From NCBI GenBank assembly GCA_963760795.1, contig CAVXEP010000027.1, forward strand, positions 13,162 to 77,161: 64,000 nt of DNA. Reading direction: 5' to 3'. The stretch comes from an uncultured delta proteobacterium. Its GTDB lineage: Bacteria; Desulfobacterota; Binatia; UBA9968. Below, one piece after another: positions 49,520 to 60,114 of the stretch (the first letter of the stretch is position 1; every line of letters begins with the position of its first letter). The notes under the pieces were generated by a model. It was not told the DNA's origin. It worked only from the letters and a program-made list of their open reading frames with translations, and ran no database searches. The position numbers were made by a program, and so were the translations under genes.

Positions 49520-50849
49520 AAAAGCCGAAGAACTCGAAGCCTACTTTCAGACTGCCGGCAAACCGCGCGAACGCTGGCGCGTCGGCACCGAGTACGAAAA
49601 AGTCGGCGTCGACCGAAGCACCGGCCAGGCCATTCCATACTTCGGTCCGCGCGGCGTCGATCGCATCCTGCGGGAAATGATCGAGCGCTACGGCTGGGAG
49701 CCGGAAGAGCAAAACGGCAACATCATCGCGCTCAGCCGCGATCGGACGCAGATTACTTTAGAACCGGGCGGCCAGATCGAGCTCAGCGGCGAGCCCTGCG
49801 ATAGCATTCACTGCACCTATGCCGAATTCACCCAACATATCCGCGAACTGTTAGAAATCTGCGAGCCTCTCGGCGTTGTTTTTCTCGGTCTCGGCATGCA
49901 GCCGGTCAGCCGCTTGGACGAGATTCAGTGGGTGCCGAAAAAGCGCTATGGAATCATGGGGCCGTATATGCCGACCGTTGGCACGCTTGGCCAGCGCATG
50001 ATGAAGCAGACCGCCACGGTGCAGGCCAATATCGATTTCCTCGACGAGACGGATGCGATGGTGAAATTCCGCACCGGCATGGGGCTGGCGCCGGTGCTCA
50101 TCGCCATGTTCGCCAACTCACCGATCTGCGACGGCCAGGTGAACGGCTACCGCAGCTATCGCGAACATATTTGGACCGACACCGACAAGAGTCGGCAAGG
50201 CTTGCTGAAATTCGCCTTCGCGCCGGATGCGTCATTCGCCCACTATGTCGAGTACGCCCTCGACGTGCCGATGTACTTCATCATTCGCCATCACGACTAT
50301 ATCAACATGACCGGCGTGACCTTTCGCCAGTATTTAAAGTATGGCCACAACGGCGAGCGCGCCACCGTCGAAGATTGGGCGGATCACCTGACCACGCTGT
50401 TTCCCGAGACTCGCATCAAGCGCTACATCGAAGTCCGCTCCGTCGATAGTCAGCCGCCGGAACTGATGCCGGCGCTGTCGGCGCTGATCAAAGGGGCATT
50501 CTACGACAACGACTGCTTGCTGGCGGCGTGGGATCTGGTCAAAGGCTGGACTTGGGACGAGCGCAACGAAGTTTATCTCGATTCCCATGCCAACGCGCTG
50601 GCGGCGCGCTTCCGGCGCCATACCCTGCTCGATCTCGCCAAGGAGTTTTTGGAAATCGCCGCGGAAGGATTGCGCCGCCAGCATGTTGTCAACGACTTGG
50701 GTAACGATGAAACGATTTATCTAGAACCGCTCAAAACTCTCTTGTCCCAAGGCAAATGTCCAGCCGACGTGATCTTGGAAAAATGGCAGGGCGAGCTGCA
50801 CCGCGATGTCAGAAAATTAATCGACTTCACTGCTTACAAGCTGCTGTGA
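49506..50849 (+). CDS. gshA: Glutamate--cysteine ligase (plant/alphaproteobacterial GCS2 type)
   Basis: RVGTEYEK, LEPGGQIELSG, VPKKRY, MMKQTATVQAN, FANSP and HLTTLFPE. Confidence 0.9.
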   Translation: MSVIEKAEELEAYFQTAGKPRERWRVGTEYEKVGVDRSTGQAIPYFGPRGVDRILREMIERYGWEPEEQNGNIIALSRDRTQITLEPGGQIELSGEPCDSIHCTYAEFTQHIRELLEICEPLGVVFLGLGMQPVSRLDEIQWVPKKRYGIMGPYMPTVGTLGQRMMKQTATVQANIDFLDETDAMVKFRTGMGLAPVLIAMFANSPICDGQVNGYRSYREHIWTDTDKSRQGLLKFAFAPDASFAHYVEYALDVPMYFIIRHHDYINMTGVTFRQYLKYGHNGERATVEDWADHLTTLFPETRIKRYIEVRSVDSQPPELMPALSALIKGAFYDNDCLLAAWDLVKGWTWDERNEVYLDSHANALAARFRRHTLLDLAKEFLEIAAEGLRRQHVVNDLGNDETIYLEPLKTLLSQGKCPADVILEKWQGELHRDVRKLIDFTAYKLL

Positions 50850-50881
50850 AGTTCTTTCACAGTGCGATCCGATCCTTCTCC

Positions 50882-51032
50882 GTCATTCCCGCGCAGGCGA
50901 GAATTTAGCGCTTCCTGAAATTGCACCCAAATTGCACAGTTGAAACTTAATGGCGCGGCAAGGGGCAAGCCCTCCGCAGTGGAAGCCCATAGGCCTCCAC
51001 CTCTAAGCACTGCTCCGGGCTTACCCCTTGCC
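50882..51032. repeat. REP-like remnant and 16-bp inverted repeat between convergent gshA and nagZ
   Basis: gtcattcccgcgcaggcgagaat; ggcaaggggcaagccc (50957) / gggcttaccccttgcc (51017). Confidence 0.5.
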
Positions 51033-51068
51033 GGATGGTAGTGCGGCTTCTCGATTATGGATTTCGGG

Positions 51069-52145
51069 TCATCCGAAGACACTGAGCAACTCTTGGTGGT
51101 TCAACTTTTCTAGCCGCGCCACGAGTTCGTTCTCCGCCACGCCGGCGAAGCTTGTCAAATAACGCCTCTTGAGTTCGGTCACCCGCTCGTAGCTTTCTTC
51201 AATGCGCGCGCGCACCGCGGCATCGCGGTCGGCTTCATCACAGAGGAAATCGAACGCCACCACGGCTTTATCGATCTCATGGCAGAACAGCAGGACATCG
51301 ATGCCGGCGCGGATAGCCAGGGCGGTGGCTTCTTCAACGCTGTAATGGTCGCTAATCGCTCGCATCGCCAAATCGTCGCTGAAAATCACCCCGTCAAAAC
51401 CCATCTGTTGACGTAGCAGACCGGTGACGATGGCTTCGGAAAGAGTCGCCGGCAGTTTCGCATCGAGGGCAGGATAGACGACATGGGCGGTCATCAACGC
51501 GTCAATTTGATTTCGGCAAGCTGCAGCGAAGGGCGGCAGTTCGGTGGCCTGCAAATCTGCCAGCGACTTGCACACCATCGGCAAGTCAAAGTGTGAATCT
51601 TTGTCGGTGTCGCCATGGCCGGGGAAGTGTTTGCCGCAGGGGATAACGCCGCCGTCGCGCAGCCCCTTGGTCCAAGCCGACGCGATCGCGCTCACGCTCT
51701 CGGGCTCGGCGGCGAAGGCGCGGTCGCCGATGATCGGACTTTGCCGGTTCGAATGGACATCGAGCACCGGCGCGAAGTTTAAATTTATGCCCGCCAGCGT
51801 CAGCTCCGCCGCAGTCGCCTGGCCCAGCCGGTAGGCGAGATCGGGATCGTTGCGCGCGCCGATGCGCGCGGCGGCGGGAAAGTGGCTGAACGGCGCCGGC
51901 AGCCTATGGACTCGGCCGCCTTCCTGGTCGATGGCGATGAAGGGCGGCACGGCATCGAAGGATTCCCAGATGGCGTGGCATAAGGATACCAGCTGCGCCG
52001 GCGCGCGGCAGTTATTCTTAAACAGGATTAGGCCGCCGAACTGGTATTCTTCGACGAGCAGCCGTTCTTGGCTAGTTAGAGCTTCGCCCTGACAGCCGAC
52101 GAGGAAGAGCTGGCCGATCTTATGCCGCAGTAGTTCCATGGTCAT
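51069..52145 (-). CDS. nagZ: Beta-N-acetylhexosaminidase (GH3)
   Basis: IDQEGGRV, NFAPVLD, KHFPGHG..DSH and SDDLAM. Confidence 0.93.
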   Translation of the reverse strand: MTMELLRHKIGQLFLVGCQGEALTSQERLLVEEYQFGGLILFKNNCRAPAQLVSLCHAIWESFDAVPPFIAIDQEGGRVHRLPAPFSHFPAAARIGARNDPDLAYRLGQATAAELTLAGINLNFAPVLDVHSNRQSPIIGDRAFAAEPESVSAIASAWTKGLRDGGVIPCGKHFPGHGDTDKDSHFDLPMVCKSLADLQATELPPFAAACRNQIDALMTAHVVYPALDAKLPATLSEAIVTGLLRQQMGFDGVIFSDDLAMRAISDHYSVEEATALAIRAGIDVLLFCHEIDKAVVAFDFLCDEADRDAAVRARIEESYERVTELKRRYLTSFAGVAENELVARLEKLNHQELLSVFG

Positions 52146-52161
52146 CGGCCATAGTACAACC

Positions 52162-52190
52162 TAGACAAGCTTCCGGCCAACGTGTAAATT
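52162..52190 (+). promoter_or_regulatory. Putative sigma70 promoter (TAGACA-17-TAAATT)
   Basis: Near-consensus boxes with optimal spacing just upstream of the kinase gene. Confidence 0.45.
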
Positions 52191-52201
52191 CATTCATTCC
52201 C

Positions 52202-52843
52202 ATGGCCAAGCCGAAGTACATAGTGGTTGAAGGGCCCATCGGCGTGGGCAAGACCAGTTTGGCTAAGATTTTAGCCGACGAGTTTCAGTCGCGCCGAATC
52301 TTCGAGCGGGTGGAAGACAATCCATTTTTGCCCAAGTTCTACGACTCGCGGGAGACCTACGCATTCCAAAACCAGACGTTCTTTCTGTTGAGCCGCTATC
52401 GCCAGCAGATCGAGCTCGGGCAGCAAGACCTATTCACCGAAGGCACGGTTTCGGACTACCTGTTTGCCAAGGACCAGATCTTTGCCGCTTTGACACTGAG
52501 CTCCGAGGAGTTGGGTCTTTACCAGCAAATCTATGCCCTATTGAATACCCGCGTGCCCAAGCCCGATTTAGTCGTTTACCTCCAGGCGCGCCCGGAGGTG
52601 CTTTACAAGCGGGTCAAAAAGAGGGATAAAAAATACGAGAAAAGCGTCACTTTCGAATACCTGACCGAAGTAGCCCAGGCGTATAACCAGTTTTTCTTCC
52701 ACTACGACGAGACGCCGCTGCTGGTGGTGAATACTTCGGAGATCGATTTCGTTGCAAGCAGCAAGGATCTGGCTGACTTGATCAAAGAAATCAACGGCAT
52801 GGGTTCGGGGACGCAACATTATATACCGCTTGGATCCAGGTAG
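52202..52843 (+). CDS. Deoxynucleoside kinase (dAK/dGK family)
   Basis: EGPIGVGKTSL, NPFL..FY, KDQIFA and PDLVVYLQA. Confidence 0.9.
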   Translation: MAKPKYIVVEGPIGVGKTSLAKILADEFQSRRIFERVEDNPFLPKFYDSRETYAFQNQTFFLLSRYRQQIELGQQDLFTEGTVSDYLFAKDQIFAALTLSSEELGLYQQIYALLNTRVPKPDLVVYLQARPEVLYKRVKKRDKKYEKSVTFEYLTEVAQAYNQFFFHYDETPLLVVNTSEIDFVASSKDLADLIKEINGMGSGTQHYIPLGSR

Positions 52844-52844
52844 T

Positions 52845-52930
52845 CTGGACCGAGACGGATGCCAAAAGGCGCTGGTTAAGGAGAGTTAAGCGGCTCTCCG
52901 GTTAGTTATTGGCCTTCCGGCTCGGTCTGG
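52845..52930 (+). ncRNA. pan RNA motif-like cis-regulatory leader
   Basis: Long hairpin gaccgagacgga...tccggctcggtc directly upstream of panB, followed by a T-rich tract. Confidence 0.6.
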
Positions 52931-52959
52931 AGGGCTTTTGTTTTTTTGGAGGGTAGATC

Positions 52960-53763
52960 ATGGGCGATAAGATCACCGTACCGCATATAGTGAAAATGAA
53001 GCAGCGTGGCGAGAAGATCACCTGCTTGACCGCTTACGACTATTCCTTCGCGCGAATTCTCGACGAAGCTGGCGTCGAGATGCTGTTGGTCGGCGACTCC
53101 CTGGGCTGTGTTGTCCAGGGCTGCGCCAATACTCTCGCCGTCACCATGGATGAGATGATCTACCACACCCGCCTGGTGGTGCGCGGGCGCAAGCGCGCTC
53201 TGGTCATCGGCGATATGCCGTTCATGTCCTATCAGGTCGGCAAGGACGAGGCGCTGCGCAACGCCGGGCGCTTTTTCAAGGAAGCCGGCGCCGAGGCGAT
53301 CAAGCTCGAAGGCGGCGTCAAGGTGCAAGAATCGATTCGCGCAATCGTCGACGCCGGCATGCCGGTGATGGGCCATGTCGGCCTGACACCGCAGTCGGTG
53401 CATCAGTTCGGCGGCTATAAAATTCAGGGCCGTGAGAAAGAGCGGCGCGAAGCAGTGCTGCGCGATGCAGTCGCAGTGGAGGAGGCCGGTGCGTTTGCTG
53501 TGGTCTTGGAAGGCATCCCTCAAGACTTAGCCGGCGAGATTTCCCAGCGCTTAGCCATTCCGACCATTGGCATCGGCGCCGGCCTGCAATGCGACGGGCA
53601 GGTGCTGGTGATCCACGATATGCTCGGCTTGTTTGACGACTTCGTACCGAAGTTCGTCAAACGCTACGCCGACCTCAAGCAAACCATGCACGGTGCGGTG
53701 AAAGAATTTGTCGGTGAAGTTAAAGAGCGCAAGTTTCCGGCGCAGGAGCATTCGTTTAAGTAA
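52960..53763 (+). CDS. panB: 3-methyl-2-oxobutanoate hydroxymethyltransferase
   Basis: [33 protein letters not shown] and TIGIGAG. Confidence 0.97.
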   Translation: MGDKITVPHIVKMKQRGEKITCLTAYDYSFARILDEAGVEMLLVGDSLGCVVQGCANTLAVTMDEMIYHTRLVVRGRKRALVIGDMPFMSYQVGKDEALRNAGRFFKEAGAEAIKLEGGVKVQESIRAIVDAGMPVMGHVGLTPQSVHQFGGYKIQGREKERREAVLRDAVAVEEAGAFAVVLEGIPQDLAGEISQRLAIPTIGIGAGLQCDGQVLVIHDMLGLFDDFVPKFVKRYADLKQTMHGAVKEFVGEVKERKFPAQEHSFK

Positions 53764-53767
53764 GAAT

Positions 53768-53860
53768 GGGATTGGAGTGATGGAGTACTGGAGTACTGGA
53801 GTGATGGTTTATTCGGATTCCTGAATCCACCCATACTCCATCACTCCAGCACGCCAATTC
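53768..53860. repeat. Octamer (TGGAGTNN) tandem-repeat hairpin element, copy 2
   Basis: gggattggagtgatggagtactggagtactggagtgatgg ... ccatactccatcactccagcacgcca; shares its first 16 nt with the copy at 37481. Confidence 0.8.
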
Positions 53861-53878
53861 AGGCTCTACGCGGTTTTT

Positions 53879-54724
53879 ATGCAGTTCATCGAACAGATTG
53901 CCGGTATGCGGGCCTGGAGCGAGGGCGAGCGGCGCCACGGGCGCCGCATCGTCTTTGTGCCGACCATGGGGTCGCTGCACGACGGCCACCTTTGTCTGGT
54001 GCGCGATGCCAGGACCAGGGGGGAAAGCGTGGTGGTTTCGATCTTCGTCAACCCGATGCAGTTCAGCCCGAGCGAGGACTTCGCCAAGTATCCGCGCGAT
54101 CTGCAGCGCGACCGGGCGCTGCTCGAGAGCCTCGGCGTCGATGTGCTATTTCATCCGACCGTGGCGGAGATTTATCCCGATGGTTATCAAACGCACATCG
54201 AAGTGGAAAACTTGAGCTTGCCACTCTGCGGCATGGTGCGCCCCGGCCATTTTCGCGGCGTCGCCACGGTGGTCGCCAAGCTTTTCAATATCGTTCAGCC
54301 GCAGGTGGCGATCTTCGGCGAGAAAGATTTTCAGCAGCTCCAGGTGGTGCGCCGCCTGGTGCGCGATTTAAGCATGGACATCGACATCGTCGGCCATCCG
54401 ATCGTGCGCGAAGCCGACGGTCTGGCGATGAGCTCGCGCAACGCTTATTTGACTCCGGCGGAACGGCGCGCCGCGGTCTGTTTATCGCGCGCATTGTGTA
54501 GGGCGGCAAAGCTGGCGCGGCGCGGCGAGACCGCCGCCGCGGCATTGCTCCATGCTGTCACCGCGGCTATCGCTCAGGAACCTTTGGCGCAAATCGAATA
54601 CGTCAAACTCTGCGATCCCGAATCGCTCCATGAAGTCGACCAGGTGCAAGGTGCAGCGGTGCTTGCCTTAGCGGTGCGTTTCGGCAGGGCGCGATTGATC
54701 GACAACCGGGTGATCAAGAATTAA
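53879..54724 (+). CDS. panC: Pantoate--beta-alanine ligase
   Basis: VPTMGSLHDGH, SIFVNPMQF, RPGHFRGV, FGEKDFQQ, AMSSRN and RLIDN. Confidence 0.97.
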   Translation: MQFIEQIAGMRAWSEGERRHGRRIVFVPTMGSLHDGHLCLVRDARTRGESVVVSIFVNPMQFSPSEDFAKYPRDLQRDRALLESLGVDVLFHPTVAEIYPDGYQTHIEVENLSLPLCGMVRPGHFRGVATVVAKLFNIVQPQVAIFGEKDFQQLQVVRRLVRDLSMDIDIVGHPIVREADGLAMSSRNAYLTPAERRAAVCLSRALCRAAKLARRGETAAAALLHAVTAAIAQEPLAQIEYVKLCDPESLHEVDQVQGAAVLALAVRFGRARLIDNRVIKN

Positions 54725-54735
54725 GCGACAATAAC

Positions 54736-55392
54736 ATGGCAGAAGAAATTCCAGTAAAGGCCAAGATCCGTTGGCGCGATAGCTTGCGGCGCGATTTCCT
54801 CGCCGGCATGCTGGTGTTTTTGCCGGTGGCGATCACGCTTTGGTTCATCGGTTGGATGATCGATTTGCTTGACAGCGTCCTGGCGGTCATGCCCGACGCA
54901 TTTCATCCCAACTTCTACCTACCCTTCGCGATTCCCAAACTAGGCGCGCTGGTCACCGTTCTAATGATACTCTTCCTGGGCATTCTTACCCGTGGCGTCG
55001 CCACCCGGCGCTTCCTCGCCGCCTGGGAAAGCGTCCTGGTGCGGATTCCGATATTCCGCGGCATTTACAGCGCCGTGCAAAAACTTGTGCAAACGTTTTT
55101 TGGTCAATCTCAATCTAACCGTCAGGTCGTGATGATCGAATATCCGCGCGTCGGGGTTTACACGGTGGGCTTCGCCATGGGCCGGGCCTGGGGCTATCTC
55201 GAGGAAAAAAAGAACTCCCAGCTGGTCAATGTCTTCGTGCCGACGACGCCCAACCCGACCGCCGGCTTTTTTCTGCTCGTGCCGATCAATCAGGTGACGC
55301 CGCTCAATATGACCATGGAAGAAGCGCTCAAGCTGATCACCTCGAGTGGCCTGATTACGCCGGACGATAAGCACCGCATCAATGGCAACTAA
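54736..55392 (+). CDS. DUF502 family membrane protein
   Basis: FLAGMLVFLP, IYSAVQK, EYPR and VFVPTTPNPTAG. Confidence 0.88.
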   Translation: MAEEIPVKAKIRWRDSLRRDFLAGMLVFLPVAITLWFIGWMIDLLDSVLAVMPDAFHPNFYLPFAIPKLGALVTVLMILFLGILTRGVATRRFLAAWESVLVRIPIFRGIYSAVQKLVQTFFGQSQSNRQVVMIEYPRVGVYTVGFAMGRAWGYLEEKKNSQLVNVFVPTTPNPTAGFFLLVPINQVTPLNMTMEEALKLITSSGLITPDDKHRINGN

Positions 55393-55858
55393 AAAATCCG
55401 CCGCCGCCGGCGAGCTGATGATTTGCGTCAACCGCCAGGCGCGCCACAACTATTTCATCGACGAGGTGTTTGAAGCGGGCCTGGTGCTGGTCGGCAGCGA
55501 AGTCAAATCGCTGCGCGACGGCAAGGCCAATCTGGTCGATAGTTACGCGCGCATTCACAAGGGCGAAGCGTTTCTGGTCAACTCCCACATCAGCGCCTAT
55601 GCCGGCGCGAACCAGTTCAATCATGAACCGACGCGGCTGCGTAAATTGCTATTGCACGAACGGGAGATCGAGCGGCTCACCGGCAAGACCAAAGAAAAGG
55701 GCCTGACGCTGGTGCCGCTGAGAATGTATTTCAAAAATGGCCGGGCCAAGGTCGAGCTGGGTCTCGCCCGCGGCAAAAAGAACTACGACAAACGGGAAAC
55801 CTTGAAGCGCAACGAGGCCGCACGTGAAATGGATCGGTCGATCCGTGCACGGCGCTAA
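55382..55858 (+). CDS. smpB: SsrA-binding protein
   Basis: NRQARHNY, EAGLVLVGSEVKSLR, RKLLLH and GKKNYDKR. Confidence 0.97.
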   Translation: MATKKSAAAGELMICVNRQARHNYFIDEVFEAGLVLVGSEVKSLRDGKANLVDSYARIHKGEAFLVNSHISAYAGANQFNHEPTRLRKLLLHEREIERLTGKTKEKGLTLVPLRMYFKNGRAKVELGLARGKKNYDKRETLKRNEAAREMDRSIRARR

Positions 55859-55875
55859 TCGCCGCCTGCGGCGCC

Positions 55876-55974
55876 GGTTCAACGTTCAAGGCTCAACAGT
55901 TCAAAGTCGGAAGCGGGAACTGCAAATCGCAGCGAACCTGCCACATTGAACTTTCAACCTTGAACCCTTGAACG
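55876..55974. repeat. Heptamer (GTTCAAN/NTTGAAC) tandem-repeat hairpin element
   Basis: gttcaac gttcaag gctcaac agttcaaag ... ttgaac tttcaac cttgaac ccttgaac. Confidence 0.8.
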
Positions 55975-56034
55975 GCCTTCGCCGGATGAGCCGGTCTAGA
56001 ATCGTGCAATTCAAAAGGCTAAACTGATTGACAT

Positions 56035-56387
56035 GGGGGCGACGTGGTTTCGACGGGGGTAGGAAGTCAGAGTGGCATGCCGGGGTTCTGTTATCCCGTT
56101 AAACAAACAGATCTGCAAATATAAACGCAGACGATTTTGAATATCAACTAGCTGCTTAGTCGCAGTTAGCGTCTTACCGGTTTTCTCCCGCGGGGCCGGA
56201 TAAGATGTCATTCAGTGGGATAGGCCGATTCCTCTGCCGGAGGGGCTAAGGCCGAAATCTAAGCCGGATAGCTTCAGAAACCCTGCCGTTGGGGGCTCGA
56301 AAAGCGAAATCAAATTGACGGCTAAGCATGTAGTCATAGCTGATGGAAGATCTTCGGACGGGGGTTCGATTCCCCCCGCCTCCACCA
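56035..56387 (+). ncRNA. ssrA: tmRNA; tag peptide (A)ADDFEYQLAA*
   Basis: 5' GGGGGCGAC..GGTTTCGAC; 3' GGGGGTTCGATTCCCCCCGCCTCCACCA; tag ORF at 56127-56159; next to smpB. Confidence 0.97.
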
Positions 56388-56812
56388 ATCGACTCGCAGG
56401 GTAACAACCCTGCTCGCTCCTGTAAGCCAAGGCCGAGATTGTCTAGCGTAAGATTCGCCTGATTCGGGTTATCTTGGGTAAGAAGACAGAGACCGAAGCC
56501 ATTGATGGTGCCCTGGATCTGGTCGTCTTCAAGAAGGTCGCTGGCAAAGGTGGGGTCGAGAAAGTGTTCTAGTAGCCAAGCATCTCATCAACAGCGATCT
56601 TTACATTCTGGGTCGCCCCCGGCCTTCGTAGGGGTTGCCCGGTATAATAAAAGCGTCACAAAAGTTGATCGGCGCCTACCGCAGGAAAGACTCGTTGGTC
56701 AATGCCGCTTCTATCCCGGTTGACCAGGTACTAAATATTTCAAAACCGAGAGGCGAGCGCACCGTTGTCAGCCGGTCGACGCTCGCCCCTATCAAACGAT
56801 GTAATAGCGCAA

Positions 56813-57469
56813 TTAGTCTTTCGGCTGCGATACCACCCGGAGGTAGGGCTTGAGTGTTTTAAACCCCTGAGGGTATTTCTTCTTAGCGTCGTCGTCCGAG
56901 ACCGACGTGGGAATAATGACATCCTGACCCGGCTTCCAGTTGACTGGCGTTGCGACCGTGTGCTTGGCGGTAACCTGTATCGAATCGAGTAGGCGCAGCA
57001 CTTCGTCGAAGTTGCGGCCGGTGCTCATCGGATAGACGAGCATTGCCTTGACTTTCTTGTCCGGCCCGATGAGGAACACCGAGCGCACCGTCTGGTTATC
57101 CGCTGCGGTGCGCTTGCCAGGGGTCTCGCTGGCCGGCAGCATGTCGTAGAGTTTGGCCACGGTCAGGTCCGCATCGCCGATGATCGGGTAATTCGGCGCG
57201 TGACCCTGGGTCTCCTGGATGTCTTTGGCCCAAGCCGTGTGATCGCTCACTGGATCGCCGCTAAGTCCGATGATCTTGCAGTTACGCCTTTCGAACTCGG
57301 GCTTGAGGCCGGCCATGTAACCAAGCTCGGTCGTGCAAACCGGCGTGAAATCCTTCGGATGGGAAAATAGAATTGCCCAGTTGCTACCAATCCATTCATG
57401 AAAGTTAATTTTGCCTTCACTGGTGTCCGCCGAGAAATCCGGCGCGATATCGCCTAAACGAAGAGCCAT
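56813..57469 (-). CDS. 1-Cys peroxiredoxin (Prx6 family)
   Basis: FSHPKDFTPVCTTE, YPMSTGRNFDE and ATPVNW. Confidence 0.95.
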   Translation of the reverse strand: MALRLGDIAPDFSADTSEGKINFHEWIGSNWAILFSHPKDFTPVCTTELGYMAGLKPEFERRNCKIIGLSGDPVSDHTAWAKDIQETQGHAPNYPIIGDADLTVAKLYDMLPASETPGKRTAADNQTVRSVFLIGPDKKVKAMLVYPMSTGRNFDEVLRLLDSIQVTAKHTVATPVNWKPGQDVIIPTSVSDDDAKKKYPQGFKTLKPYLRVVSQPKD

Positions 57470-57857
57470 GGTTAATTCTCCTTTTCAAATATATTTTGGA
57501 TAACGGCTAGCGCGATTTCAAGCGTGCGTCAAGAAGCGCATCAACTTTAGTCATCTTATATTGGTACAGAGCCGTGCAAGCGCCGCAAGGGACAATGTTT
57601 GCTTCATGGTTAGGTCATCACTCTTTTCACTTGTTCAATGACTCAATGATCGCGGTCGAATCGAACACAGCAAAACTCTTTTCCAAATAATTGACGGCAG
57701 CGGCAATTCTTGCGTTTATTACCTTGACAGAAGACTCGCTACGATATTGAATTCTCGGACATAGCGGACCTCTCTATTCTGCATGAAGTTCAAAAGGAGC
57801 TCAGGATCAAGATACGGTTGATGCAGGCTAACGTATGATGCTAAATCTGCATTCCGT

Positions 57858-58859
57858 ATGACTGTAAATGACATCAAAGATATGTCGGGAAAAATCGAAT
57901 TCGGAGTCCTTCTCCATACACGGCATTTGATTCGCGACGACGGACTAGCGCCTTCGTTTGAGACCATGTGGGAAGAGGCCGCGCTTGCTGAAAAGCTCGG
58001 CATGGATCACGTGTGGGTTGGCGATAGCGTGACCGTATTGGACAGGGCGAGGGGTGACTGTCTAACCCTGATGGCTTCCCTTGCGATGAAAACCAACCGC
58101 GTCAAAGTGGGCACTGTGCCGCTTCTTCCCGCCATGCGCTCACCGGTACTGCTAGCTCACACTCTCGCGACGCTCGATGTGATCTCACAAGGTCGTGTCC
58201 TGATCGGCGCAAGTGTCGCGCCGTCGTTGCCGTATATACAGCGCCAGTTCGAGGCGTGCGGCGTTCCGTATGGCGAAAAGGCCGGTCGACTCAGTGAGTC
58301 GATCCAAATCATGAAACGGTTGTGGATGGAAAAAACGGTTACCTTCGAAGGCAAATATCACAAGCTCCAGGATGTCGGTATATTGCCCCATCCCATTCAA
58401 CAGCCGGGCATCCCAGTGTGGGTGACGGCGGACCGTAACGAAAACGCTTTCAAGCGCGTCGCGCGCCTGGCCGATGGTTGGTTCACGTCGGGTTCTCGCC
58501 CAGTGGAGAAATTCGCGATAAACCGGAATAAAATTCAGGCTTACGCGGAAACCTATGGCAGACGAAATTGGGATGTGCCGTCGGGTATTTATGCTACGTT
58601 CAATGTGAATCCAAACCGGCAAAAGGCCATGGCAGAGGGGTGGCAGTGGGCGGTGGATTTTTTTCGTCAACCGCAGGCGAATTTGGCTCATCTCTTTACC
58701 ATCTTTGGAACACCGGACGACTGCGTCCAACTTCTCCAGTCGTATGTAGATGCGGGGCTAACGGTAATTGTTGCCCGCTTGGCTTCCGCCGATGTTGAAA
58801 GGCAAATGCGACTTTTGATCGAAGAGGTAAAACCCCGGCTGCGTCCACGAGTTGTATAA
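57858..58859 (+). CDS. LLM class flavin-dependent oxidoreductase (luciferase-like)
   Basis: AEKLGMDHVWVGDS, ATLDVISQGR, FEGKYH, RVARLADGW and GTPDDC. Start may be 57882. Confidence 0.88.
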   Translation: MTVNDIKDMSGKIEFGVLLHTRHLIRDDGLAPSFETMWEEAALAEKLGMDHVWVGDSVTVLDRARGDCLTLMASLAMKTNRVKVGTVPLLPAMRSPVLLAHTLATLDVISQGRVLIGASVAPSLPYIQRQFEACGVPYGEKAGRLSESIQIMKRLWMEKTVTFEGKYHKLQDVGILPHPIQQPGIPVWVTADRNENAFKRVARLADGWFTSGSRPVEKFAINRNKIQAYAETYGRRNWDVPSGIYATFNVNPNRQKAMAEGWQWAVDFFRQPQANLAHLFTIFGTPDDCVQLLQSYVDAGLTVIVARLASADVERQMRLLIEEVKPRLRPRVV

Positions 58860-59004
58860 TTCGGCGCTCGGCAGTAAAGAACGGAGAGCGATCGTTGGAG
58901 CCTGTTCGTGATAAGCGCCTTCGCTGGGTAGATGATGCCTATCGATGAGCGCACAGTCTTAGATTATTGTGCGATGCAATTTTTAGAATAAAAAGGAGCG
59001 AGCC

Positions 59005-59861
59005 ATGAGTAAATCAACGCCTAGCGTTATCCGAATCGATCACGGAGTCATTCCGACCAACGATTTGGGCAAGTCGCTGGCTTTTTTTACCGATGTCCTG
59101 GGCGCCCGCTTTAATGCTCTCGTGAATGTCAACCTGCGTGGGCTTAATCGTGAAGTTCCGGAGATCGCGTTTTTTACGTTGGCAAACCACCGGGGATTTG
59201 GTCTTTCACTCGAAGATCAACCGATTCCGCCAGCGATTCGTCCCTTAGAAGGACCTGTATGGGGATTCGAAGTCGACGACCGAGGTTTGGCAGGTGTAAT
59301 CGCGGCTTTAGACCAGCGCAAGGTCGCTTATGAGGGACCCGTAGAGTATGCGCAAGCCCAGTCCGATTTCCGCGTCTCTCTTCATACGAGATCTCCATGA
59401 TTTCAACTACGAGTTTTCGCTGCGGCGTGACGGACAAAAGAGCACTCAGCCCGGTCAGGGAGACTTGGGGCTTCGTCGCATCAACCATGTCCGACTCGAG
59501 GTCACGGATCTACCGCTTGCCGAGCGTTGGTACATGGATACGCTGGGTTTGAGCTCGGACCGACCCCGTACCAGGGGATCGCCAAGTATCACTGGTGGTA
59601 GCGGAGACGGGGCAGATCTTCATCCTTCATGAAGTGTCGCAGATGACCCAACGAAGCCGCTACTGCCGTGGCCCCCACGTCGATGTCAAGGTTCCGGTTG
59701 GGTCCTATGAGGCGTTCGTCGCGAACTTGACCAACATCGAGAGATACTGGAGCCCTTTCGGCAATCGCATTCCGTGGCATGAGCCAAATTCGCAGACGGT
59801 CTATTTCTACGATCCATTCGGCAATCGTCTGCAGGTGAGCGAAAATATAGCGCATCATTAA
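59005..59861 (+). pseudogene. Two-domain VOC (glyoxalase/extradiol dioxygenase-like) protein with frameshifts near 59350 and 59562
   Basis: RBS aaggag. IDHGVIPTNDL..FFTDVLG, INHVRLEVTDL..WYMDTLGL and YFYDPFGNRLQ are spread over three frames. Confidence 0.7.
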
Positions 59862-60114
59862 AACGGCGCTAACATTACCGCTAGCCGTTAGGCGCAGCTC
59901 ACTTATCATCGTGATAATCGCTGAATGGGTCGGTTTCGACAACGGGTCTGATTACGAAATTTCACAGGTCGGCGCCAAGCACGATTAGCTGCTCGTTTTC
60001 GTCGGTGCATGATCCTTGGCTGTGCTCGGATAGATGTGTCGGAGTTTAACCTATTGCCTAGTGTTCCGTGCCCCGATGGCGCCATTTGCGGGAAGACTAA
60101 AAAGGAGAAGAACT

